This document shows positions 51,568-63,600 of a stretch of DNA of 64,000 nucleotides, one piece after another. Source of the stretch: Hydrolagus colliei (lineage: Eukaryota); assembly GCA_035084275.1 (NCBI GenBank), contig CM068757.1, positions 9,486,001 to 9,550,000 of the forward strand. The letters run 5' to 3'. A program made the translations under genes and the position numbers. Below the pieces are notes generated by a model. That model did not search any database, was not told the origin of the DNA, and saw only the letters and a list, made by a program, of their open reading frames with translations. The stretch's first letter is position 1. Each line of letters begins with the position of its first letter.

Positions 51568-51604
51568 TTTCCGAGAAATCATACACGAGAGTGAAAGTGA
51601 AAGC
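51568..51604 (+). promoter_or_regulatory. GAS site plus IRF-E/ISRE upstream of B7-H6-like gene 2
   Basis: TTTCCGAGAAA (51568-51578, TTCN3GAA) and GAGTGAAAGTGAAAGC (51589-51604), about 60-125 nt 5' of the two candidate ATGs. Confidence 0.65.
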
Positions 51605-51691
51605 ACAGCCCCAGTCAGTTCGGCTGGAAGCTGGAGAGAGAGACAGACACAGAGAGAGACAGACATGTTGAGGGGGACAAACTCGGCTATA

Positions 51692-54600
51692 ATGTCCTCA
51701 CCCGGTGGAGCTGCCAGGGCGCTGACCCTCGTCCTGATCCTCGGGGCTTGGATTGCAGGATCAGGTACAGAAAATGCGCAAACGTTAGACTGATTTGCTG
51801 CTGGATCCCACCGCTGAGCGAGACACAGAGACACACCGCTAACTGGAGGCTGCCCTGGGGGAGGGGGGGGGGGCACAGCCTGAAGGGTCTGTGTTTGGGG
51901 TTTAGCTGATAAACAGTGACCGCCGCCCAGCGCATCAATCAGTGAGTGGCCCCTTTTCGGGGGTCTCTCCATTCTCTCCCCACAGTGGGGTTTACTCCCC
52001 CCCCCCCCCCCCCCCCCCGTTATTTCAGGGGCCACCAGCACAAACAGGAAGCGTTTTGGAGCTGGGGCAAGGAACAGACATTTTGTGATCGCAGTTTCAA
52101 ATTTGCTCTATCAGCAGTTGGCTACCAGGTTAACATGGAGGGGAAATCGGGTGGGGTTTTTAACTCAAAGTTCAAGAGAGCTCTCTGCAGCCTGTGTAAA
52201 TTGGGTTGTTGTGATGGATACTGTATAACATGAAGTTTATGTGTTAAGCACCGGGGCAGGTGCATTGGAAAGATTGAAGAGCCCAACCCTGTGAAACGCC
52301 TCCCAGTTTGAGAGAAACTTACATAAGAATTAGGAGCAGGAGTGAGCCATTTGGCCCCTCAAGCCTGCCCTGCCATAACTCTAATTAACTGCCCGATCCC
52401 CATATCCCCTAATCCCTCTAGTTTAAAAAAATCTATCAGTCTCAGCCTTAAAAATGTTCGAGGACTGAGAATCTATACCCTCTGAGTGAAGAAATGTTTC
52501 TAAAAGGCTGATTCATAATTTTAACACTATGACCCCTCTGGTTATAGATTCTCCTACCAGGGGAAACAGTCCCTCATTGTCTACTTTATCCAGCCCTTTA
52601 AGAATCTTATAAGTTTCAATAAGATCTCCCCTAATTCTTCTGTACACTAATATGCCGTTCGCCTTCTTAGTTGCTTGATGTACCTGCAAACTAACTTTTT
52701 GTGACTGATGTACAAGGACACCCAAATCCCTCTGAACACTAACACTGTCTATTCTCTCCCCTTCTAGAAAATAATCTGTTTTTCTATTTTTGCTACCTAG
52801 GTGAATAACTTCACACTTCCCCACATTAAATTCCATCTGCCACCTATTTGCCCACTCCCCTAGTCTATCTATATCCTGTTGCAATCTTTTTGCATCATCC
52901 TTAGAGTTTACTCTCCCACCTAGTTTAGTGTCATCCGCAAATTTAGATACGTTACATTCAATGTCCTCGTCTAGATCATTGATGTAAATTGTAAATAGCT
53001 GAGGCCCAAGCACTGATCCTGGTGGCACTCCACTAGTCACATCCTGCCAATTCAAGAATGACCCATTTATCCCTTCTCTCTGTTTTCTACCCGTTAGCCA
53101 CTCTTTCAATCCATGATAATATGCTCCCATTAATCCCGTGGGCCTTAACCTTGCGCAATAGCCTTTTATGTGGCACTTTGTGAAATGCCTTCTTAAAATC
53201 TAAATATACTACATCTGCTGGTTCTCTCCTATCTAACCTGCTAGATATATCCTCAAAAAAACTCTTAACAGATTAGTTAAGCATGACTTCCCTTTTGTAA
53301 AGCCATATTGACTCAGCCTAATCTTGTTATGGTCTTCCAGGTATCCCATAACGACATCTTTAATTAAGGATTCAAGAATTTTCCCTGTCACTGATGTCAG
53401 AATAACTGGTCTATAATTCCCCATCTTTTCTCTCCCACCCTTCTTAGATAGTGGAGTTATGTTTGCAATCTTCCAATCACTGGGAACCATTCCAGAATCC
53501 AGAGAATTTGGGAAGATCAAAGACAAACCACCCACTATTTCAGTAGCCACCTCTTTTAAAAACCCTAGGATGCAGGCCATCGGGTCCGGGGGATTTATCA
53601 GTTCTTAGACCTGACAATTTACCTAAAACCAATTCTTTACTAATATTAATTTCCCTAAGTTGCTTGCTAACATTGTGTTCTTGGTTCCCCTCTATTCTTG
53701 GTAGGCTTTCGGTGTCTTCTAAGGTGAAGACAGTAGCAAAGTACTTGTTTAATGACTCTGCCATGTCTATGTCCCCTATTACAATTCCCCATGTCTCTAC
53801 CTGTACGGACCCACATTTACCTTTGATAGCTTCTTCCTCTTTATACATTTGTAAAACCTCTTGCAGTCTGTCTTTATATTCCTTGGTAGTTTGCCTTCAT
53901 ATTTCATTTTCTCCCCTTAATCACTTTTTTGGTTCTCCTTTGTTGATCCCTAAAGCTATCCCAATCCTCGGGTTTACTACTCATCTTAGCTGTTTTATAG
54001 GTTGCTTCTTTTAACTTGATAATTTCCCTAACTGCTCTAGTTAGCCATGGCTGGACCACCCGTGGCATTCTTATTCCTCAAAGGAATATGTGCTCACTGG
54101 GAATTTTGCATTATCTCTTTAAGCGTCTGCCATTGTTGATCTACTGTCAAATCCTTAAGTCTAATGTCCCAGTCTATTTTAGCTAAATCATCTCTCAAAT
54201 TTTTCACTCTCTCAGCTGCCACCCAGAGGCCAATTGTTAGTGTGTCCTGGGGCAGTCATGTAAACTTGTACAAGGTGAGGAAAGTCACATGGCAGCCAAG
54301 AAAATAGTGAAAATAACCAATTAAGCATTTATCAACAACAAATTACAATTGTATAAAACCTTTAATGTGGGGAGGATATCACAAAGCACTGGGCAAACAG
54401 GATTTCGACCAAAGTAGGGGTTGGGATCAGTACAACAACAACAATAAAAGTACATTTATAGAGCACCTTTCACGTAGGGTGGACTTCCCAAGGCGCTGAA
54501 CCATCAGATCGGGACCCGAGTAAGGGGGGAAGGGTCAGGGTAGGGGTAAGGGGACAAAGAGTAGCAAAGAGAAGAGAATTAGGAGGGCAGCAGAAGGCAC

Positions 54601-57600
54601 GGTTGAAGTGGAAGGTCTTGAGACCGGCGTTGAAGGAGGAAAGGGAGGAAGCGAGGCGAAGGGATTGCGGGATGGAGTTCCAGAGTGTAGGGGCAGAGAG
54701 GCTGAAAGCCCGGCCACTGATGGTAAGGCGGTTCGAGCGGGGGACATGGAGTAGGGTTGCAAAGCTGTGAATGGCCTTGAAAGTGAGGACGGGGATCTTG
54801 AATTAGATCCCCTGGGGGATGGGGAGCCAGTGGAGGCGGGCGAGGGTGGGAGTGATGTGGTCTTGGAGCTTAGTACGGGAGAGTACATGAGCTGCAGAGC
54901 TCTGAATAGTCTGGATCTTGTGAAGGGAGGAGCTGGGAAGGCTGATGAGGAGAGAGTTCCCGTTGTCAAGCCTTGATGTGATCAACGTGTAAACAAGCGT
55001 TTCAGCAGCTTGGGGGGTGAGGCAGTGGTGGAATCTGGCAATGTTGTGGAGGTGGTGGAAGGCAGTTCCGGTCATGGTGCAGATTTGGGGGAGGAAGGAC
55101 AGTCCAGGATCGAACAAGACGACCAGATTTCTGACTGACTTTGAGAGATGGAGAGTACAGCCTTGGTTGGATGCTTTTGTTGCCAGCGCCTGAGGTGTGG
55201 AGGTGCTGACGCGAGCCAATGAGGAGGGCCTCCGGCTTGTTGACATTTAGTTGGAGGAAGTTGTCCCTCGTCCAGGAATCAATGTCAGACAGACACGCAG
55301 TCAGAAAGCCAGTAGTCCTGGAGTTGAGGGAGGAAGCGGAAAGGTAGAGTTGGGTGTCATCCGCATACATGTGGAAATTTACCTCATGTGTTCGGATGAT
55401 GTCACTGAGGGGGAGAATGTAGAGGGTGAAGAGGAGGGGGGGGGGCAAGGACAGAGCACTGAGGGACGCCACAAGACGTGCGAGGGCTTGTAGAGTGAGT
55501 GAGTTGAGAGGAAAGAGCGGAGCTGGGAGGCAACTACTCTTTCAAGGACAGGGGGAATGGAGGTCAGGGAGGACAGGGGTAAAATGGTGACCACAGGCGT
55601 GGTTGAACAAGGAGGGTCTTGAGTCTTCCCAAAGACAGCCCTGGTCAAAATCTCAAACCACATTCTTAACATCTGATGAGCAAAGTCACATGCGCAGCCA
55701 AGGAAATTGGGGAAAATATCTTATTGAGAGTTTCTCCACAATCACGGCAACTTACCGTGTATGTAACGTGCTTCAGGAGGGTGGCATCTTGGAGCACTTG
55801 ACAGCGGCAAGATTTCACGCCAACCTGGAGAGAGAGGGGGGGTGACCGAAAGTGCGGTCAAAGAGAAAAGTCTTCAATTGCAATTTGAAGACGGACAAAA
55901 AAGAGTTGAAATGAAGGGATTGAGGCAGCAAACTCCAGAGGTTCGGAGTATAATGGCTGAAAACACGGCCACTATATGTTCAGTTGAGGGGATGAGGCCG
56001 TGCAAAGTGATTCAGCTGAGCTATGGCAGTCGGTAGTGGAGTGGGTGGGTGTAAGCAGATCGCAGAGGTCGGGAGGGATCAGGGTCGGAATTGATTTGCA
56101 TGTGAGAGGGAGGATCTTGAAATCGATCTGTTCTGCAATAGGCAGCCAGTGGAGTCTTGCAGGGACTCGGGTAATGGGGGTGCAGAGTCTCAAATGGGTG
56201 AGGACATGGGCGGCAGAGTATTGCCTCAACCCGTTATTCTCTGGATAACCTTCAGGGTACAATTCCATAGGCACTAGCTGTGCACCAGTGCTCTGCCCAA
56301 GGGGTCCATCAATTGCAAATGCACACGAGCATGCTGTTTAACATTCACCCCTTGGTGTTGTCAACAAACGCATGGGTAGGACTAGATTCTCTTTCTACAA
56401 TATTCTTGAAGCAGTAGCTCATCCCAACCTATGAATTTTAACCTGCTTCTAATCTCAGATAATCAAACCTGCTATTCTGGTATTTAAAATGCTCAATAAT
56501 CATCAATGTTTTGGAATGCCTCTTGTTTTTACACAGATGCTTTGGAGATGACAATATTTAAAGAGCCATTGGAGGTCTTATTGAATGAAGATGTTGTCCT
56601 CGAATGTAACGTAACTGGCTTCACTGAGCAGGTTCTCAACCTTGATATCGTTGCTGTTGAGTGGAAATTGGGCTCCAGTCAAGTCTATTCATTTAATGGA
56701 GGGGACATTAGTGCAAACAGAACGGGAGCAAAAATAATGAGAGAAAACTTGAAGAGTGGAGATGCCTCACTACATCTCCCGAAGGTGCAGATTTCCGATG
56801 AGGGCTATTACACGTGCATTGTTTTTGTGACCCCAGAAAAAGTGGAAAAGCGTTCGTCCATTATGGTGCTCGGTAAGTGCAGTGAAGCATCTCGCGGGGT
56901 GTATTGTGCGGCTTGTAATGTAATGTAATTCATAAGATCGGTTGAGATGAATCTGGTTCTTCAGGCCATCTGAGTTTATCCATCCAGACTACCCATCCTT
57001 CCATAAATTCATCAGGCTATTTTAGTGTCCTGGCTGCAAGCACCCTGCCTTGCAAACTGTTCGAGTCATTAATCTTGTGGAGTCCTGTAGCTCAGTGGTT
57101 GGGCCACTTGCCTTGCAAGCAGGAGACCTGGGTTTGATTCCAGGCAGGGTGAACCTTGCGCCAGTTTCTTTACTCCACACGCCTGATAATAATCCCTCAA
57201 AAAAAATTGGTCAATTCAATCTACATCTGTTTGTGAGACACTCCTGTTTGCAATTGGCTTATCACCCACAAAATATACAGACAATTCACTAACAGTATAT
57301 TCTGTGAAGTGCTTTGAGATGCCTGGAAGACGTGAAAAACCACGATATCAAATGCAAGGATTAATCAGACCTTAGATAAAGAAATACTACCTGGTGTCTG
57401 TCCTGAAATTGTCCTTTTCAATTTGTTGTCAGACTCCACAACTGTGAGGCGCTCTGGGTTGCACTCCTCTGTGAAGTGCACTATACTATAAAAAGGCAAG
57501 CTGTTGTTGTTAAACCTATTTCCTCTTGTTCTACCAGCTGGATACATAACATTTAGTTCTGGCTTTATTTTTTCAATCCCATTTGAAATGTTTTCTATAT

Positions 57601-60600
57601 ATTCCGCTCAGCGCAAGTTATTTTGACATCTCTCAAGACGGAAAAGACTTTAGATTGTCTCATCGTTGCTCCTAGCCATGGACAATAGAATATTGCAGAA
57701 TGATGCAATACCCCGCTGTTGTGACTGTGGGTGTCTCTCTCTCTCATCTGAGTGTGTGTCCCTCAGAATTATGATGCAAGGGAATTTGGCAAATTTGTGA
57801 AAAATTGAAAGGATTTTTGCTATTGAGAGGTACATAACAAAAATGTACTGCCAAGCCATTTTGTTCACTTCATTGATTGAAAACTACAGATAAAGAAACA
57901 ACAACAAAAACAATTTGCATTTATACAGTGCCCTTCACACTTGTTAGCATCCCTGAGTAATCCCAACGCAGGCTTGAATGGGGAAATGGGCTTTGCTCAT
58001 TCCCGAGGCCCCGCTGTTGTGACTGTGGGTGTCTCTCTCTCTCATCTGAGTGTGTGTCCCTCTGTGAGTATGCGTCTCAGCGTCTGTGTGTGTCAGTGTG
58101 TGGTGGCGAGCCCCGAGAGGCAGGAGGTGGTGATCTCCTGGAGCCCCCACCCCCAAATCGAGTGGGTCACCCAGGCTTGTTAAAGGAAGCATTTTTTTTG
58201 GCAGCAATTTAACATGTGTTATTTCTTAATGTTTCATTTTCATCAATGAAATGTAATAATGTAGGTTGGCAGTAAAATATGCCTCAATAGCACCAATCAA
58301 TCCCCCGCAGCCCTGCAAATTTCCTCGCAATTTTGGGCAAATATTTGCACAATTTTCTATTGGCCTTGATTATGATAGGGTAAATAGTAACATGTTATTT
58401 CCACTGGTTGGTGAACCAGTAACAAGATAACACAGGTTTAAGCTAACCACAAGAAGAATGCTGGAGATGTATACAATTAGGAGAGGTTTTTGACAGTTCA
58501 AATGGGAAGAAACATTTCCATGAGTTGGGGTGTCAAGTGACTAGGTAGTATAAGTGTCATAAGATGAGTGATAAGAGAGGTTAGGCAAACATTTTTCACT
58601 CCGAGGTGTTGGGATGTGGAATAGACTGCCACGGAAGGTGGTAAGAGTCATAACAAGAGTAAAAAGCAGAGTCCATTGTGTAACCAGATGTTAATATGGG
58701 AGGCTTGAAGGGGTTGGCAGAAAAAGAAAACGCAGTGGAATTCAATGAAAAACATGAGTTGAAAGCTAGAGAGAGACTTGATGGGCCAAATGGCCACCTT
58801 CCGTAATGCAAATTGACACGATTCTGTGAATTGAAAGGGAGGGTAGAAAAAACGTTTCACCAACCAGCTGCTGTAATGTGGAACTCTCTGCCGTTATCCA
58901 TTCTTGAGGCAGAGTCCGTAAATTCTTTCTGATGCGGGATTAGATGCAACAGCTTGTAATTATACAGCACCCCTTGAGCATGGTAGCCCCCCAGAGCGCT
59001 CAAAAAGAGGAAGATTGTGGGAGTGCAAAGGAAAGTGGCATTAGTTGTGTTCATGGTAAGTAAAGCAGCAGTGCATTTGATGGATGATCGACCTGTTTCT
59101 TGCCTGTAACATTCTATCAGACATTTACACAACTTGATAAGGTGCTCTATCAAATGCAAAGATTATTATTTCACAATATTGTCTTCCAGTTTGCACTCAT
59201 GAGCCAAATCATTTTTTGTTTGCCCTTCAATTCCCACTCTCCCACCATCATAATTATCATGTCCAAACAAAATGTTCCTACAGTGTGTTAACCACAAAGC
59301 TCAGTTAAAACACATTGATTAGCGTAATTGTAGTTAACCTCTCTGCTTAAGCAAGCACTGTTACCACTTAAAATTTCATAGATGAACTAGCAATAATTTC
59401 TGGGTCTGCAGTACCCCTGCAGGGATTTCTAAAGATGAGGTGCAATTCCTGGTTTCCCGTTGCTGAGGCTGGAGTTAGTATGTATGTTGTGGGGAGAAGA
59501 TAAAAACGCTGCTCCAATGAGAATATTAATACAGAGCACTTTTGCAATCTCTACAGCTAAGCCAAAGGTTATCTTGTCTCCACATCACATCAAAATCAAC
59601 AATGGTTCAGAGGGCACTTTGATGTGTGATGTTAATGAATTTTACCCTAAGATGCACAACATCAGCTGGGTCAAGGTATCGCGTGGTGCGGAGATGCAAA
59701 TTACAACAGGTATCGTGACACGAGATGTAGTTACCAACAAGGACAGCACGTTTAGTGTTTCCAGCGAGTTGACAATCAGACCAACCGTGGACGACAATGG
59801 TAATCAGTACAAGTGTGTGGTGCAGCACAGAGACATCGTCATCAAGGAGGCAGAGCTGACTGTGGGAGTTGAAAAACCCCAGGAACCTGAAGAACATGGG
59901 CCTGGAGCTGTTATTGGAGGTGTAATCGGTGTCCTGTTGGTGATTGCGATCTTTGCTTTAGCGGCACTTTACGTTTGGAAGAAACTGAATCAAGGTAAGG
60001 ATCTTCACAGCCCTAAACAACAACGGCAGACATGGCAGTGAATTATTGCACATTAAATGCTCTTGTGCACATTTTCTATTGACAGAGAACTGTCAGCTGA
60101 CACAATGATCAACTGGAATAGATAGTGTCCTAATGACAATAATAAAAAGTTAAAATGTTTGTGTCTAGCCCTCCGCCCTCTGGAGCACTTATTCAAATGC
60201 CTTCTAAAGACTTACCGGCTTGATCGTGCTTTTGGTCACTAGCAGCATTCCCTGCTTCCTCTTGCCACCTCACTCAGTGATCCACACTGTAAAGTACTTG
60301 TAAGGTACTTTGAGATGACATCAAAAGATACTGCATGAGGGCAAATTGTTGTTATAACTGTGGTGATCATTACCCAGGTTTCTTGAGAGAATTAGAATAT
60401 TTGATGCTACTTTTTGTATGTTCCACAGCTCCTCCCAAGATCAATGAAATCAGCAAACCCACTCGCTTTATACATGGGCAGCGTGTCGATCGTAGTTGGG
60501 AAGTGACTGGATTCAAACCAAAAGAGATAGAGATCATGATATTACTGACGAGGAAAGGAAAACAGCCACTGGAGCTATTTGTCTGGAAATTCACAAAGAA

Positions 60601-63600
60601 TAAAAACGAACCAGGTCAGGTTGAAGAAGGTTTTCATCTCCTGAAAACAAAAAATGGATCTGACGGGGATAATTCGTTCTCTGCTGACACCCCACAATGT
60701 GATCAGCTCGAAAATGGGACCTTCAGGGTAAAGTGTCACATATGGTTCTGTCCTGATGTATCTGAGGACGATGGAGCTCAAATAACAATGCAAGTTCATC
60801 ACAAGGCTCTGAAACAGCCTCTCAAAAAATCTGTAACTTTATATGTTGAAGGTAAGATTTGCATTGTGCACCTCCCTACCTCCACCTAACCACACCCACA
60901 TGTCAATGTGCAAACAATGGCAAGAAATAAAAACATGGAAATCCGGGGTATTGATCCTTTCTAATAATAAAAAAAAAAAATTTGGTCACTCAATCCAGAA
61001 TTAGAGTGTGAAATTGGCTGACGGGTTACGCCCATAAAATATGCAGTCAATACACTTTACAGTGTATTCTGTTGAGTGCTTTGAGACGTCTCAACAGTGG
61101 GATAAGGCGCGATATCAAACACTAATTATTATTATAATTAGAGGAAACAAGGTTATTCACCCCACCGAGCCTATGCCGGTGGTCACTCATCCACTGGAGC
61201 TATCTCCCCGTATCCCAATTCTCTACTCTTCCCCCTTACCCAATGATGAGCTGCTTCAAAACCACTGCAACATTGTTACTATGTGAGCTCCAAGAGTTAC
61301 CTTATGCCCAGTAACCCTGTGTGGTCAGTTGACGGATTGACTCAGTTGGTGACGCTCTCTCCTATGGGACAAGGTCGTCAGTATTTCAATTGGCATCTGA
61401 AAACCTGCCCTTCACCTCAGGCTATATAGAAGCTACCATAATCTCTGTCACTCTTACTGTGTGTCACTCTCTCTTTCTTTCCCTCTCAGCTTCAGAGAGA
61501 GAAGAGAATAGATTGAGAGGGTAAACAAAAGGGGAGAGAGAAGAGAGAGAGACAGGGAGGGAGAAAGAAGAACACATAAAAACACAGACAGTTTGTGTTC
61601 ATACAACTTTTATATTAACATGGAAGTTCTCAGACAATAATAGCCTTGCACATGACATATCACCTGATCATGCCTTTGAGACTTCACAGAATAAACTGTA
61701 AACAGAGGAATGTGGAGTAAGGAAACTTGCACAATATTTCGCCTGCTGGAAATCGTACCCAGGTCTCTCGCTTATGAGCTACAGGACTCCACGGAATATA
61801 CTGTAAAGCAGATTGATTGTGTAATTTGTGTGCGACGAGCAGCAGCCAATTGTGCACAGCAGTGTCACACAAATAGTCATGGATTAAGTGACCAATTTAT
61901 TATTTTAAAATATTTTTGAAGCAATTATTATCCCTGAAATACAATCTGAGAATCTACTAATAACCAGGTTCCTACATACAGATGGGTAAACAGAGGCGTG
62001 TGGATTAAGATTATTTAAGGCCCACCATTTCCAGGAATCAAACGAAACCTGAGGTTGAAGTGCGAACGGAATCCAGGGGGTCAATGTGAGACCCCAGTGT
62101 GAGCCCCTAGATTGATTTTATGATTTGTAACTGGACACAGTGTGGCCCTTTGTAGAATTACAGCATAATGTTAATAATGTTTGTGGAGTCCTGTAGCTCA
62201 GTGGTTAGAGCACTCGCCTTACAAGCGAGGGACTTGTGTTCAATTCAAGCATGGTGAAACCTTGGGCAAGTTGCCTTGCTCCACATGCCTGATAATAATC
62301 CCTCAAAAAGAAAATTGGTCATTTTAATCCACAATTATTTGTGGGGCACTGCTGTGCGCAATTGGCTGCCACAATTCACCCACAGTTAATTCACTTTACA
62401 GTATATTATGTGCAGTGCTTTGAGATGTCTTGAAGACGTGAGAAGCGCTATATAAAACACAAGGATTATTATTAATAACATGCTACTTGTGTTTTACAGT
62501 TCCTCCCACGATGACTGAAATCAACATACCCTCTGGTATTGTGCACGGTGTCAATGTGCCTCTGACATGGGAGGTTAATGGCTTCAACCCACGGGCCATT
62601 GTAATTGCTGTATTGGTGAAGAGGAAAGTGGATCAGGAAGCAAAGCAACTGTTTCATTGGCAGATCCCAGAGAAAGAAAAGCAGCCAATCCCACATGATA
62701 TTACCCCCAGCATTGCTACACAAGTTAACTCCTTCACTGCTGAGGTGGCAACGATTGAAAAGACAGATAAAGGGACTTTCAGTGTGAAGTGCAGCGTTGC
62801 CATGTGTGCTGATGTAATCAGGGATAATGATGCTGAATTCACTGTTGAAGTTAAACATCAGGCTCTGGATAATCCTCTCACTAAAGCTATAACATTATGT
62901 GTCGCAGGTAAATTCTACCTCTGTATTTTCTCTCTCTCTCTGGTGCTAATATGTGAGTTGAAGTGCAGCATGCTGCTGTGTGTGTCCCTCTATGCTGCAA
63001 TAGTTATTTTTGTTTGTGACAGTGACGTTCTATCACATAGACATCTGTGCCGACAGCCACCCCCCCTTCCCCTCTCTATCCAGGCTCAGTGGATGACTCT
63101 ATCACTTTAAATCGCTCAAACACATTAGCTGAAGTGAACAATGCCATATTAATGCATGTTATTGCTGTTGTGTTTGGGGGCAGCTCTGTTGCAGGTTGAT
63201 GGGGAGGTGATGGGCTCTGTGGTAACGGTCCAGCTCAACATCAGCCTGAAATCTCATCTGTTTTCTTGAGAAACTTAAACAAATCGATTTTGAGATCCTC
63301 AGACTTGCCTACAATTCACCTCTTGCTCTCACACCTCGCTACCTCTCCAATCTGCAAACACCCACTTCTCAACCCACTCCGTTCGCTTGCTCAAACCTTT
63401 GGCATCTTCCTTGAACTGTCCACGAAACTATCGGCAGCCAGGCATTCAACAACGATACCCTGAACCTCTGAAACTCCCTCCCCCAAACTCCAGCTCGCCC
63501 TCCATCTCCATCAATCATTGGATCACACCTGAAGGTTCTACTCTCTGACCATGCCTACCATCACCTCCCCTCTCTCCCCAGCTCAGTATTAAACTACAAT

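Noticed and set aside
60335-63110. Post-TM Ig exons as independent genes
   Set aside because: No signal peptide or credible start; upstream ORF extensions are intronic or repeat-tail sequence, and phases chain to the TM exon.
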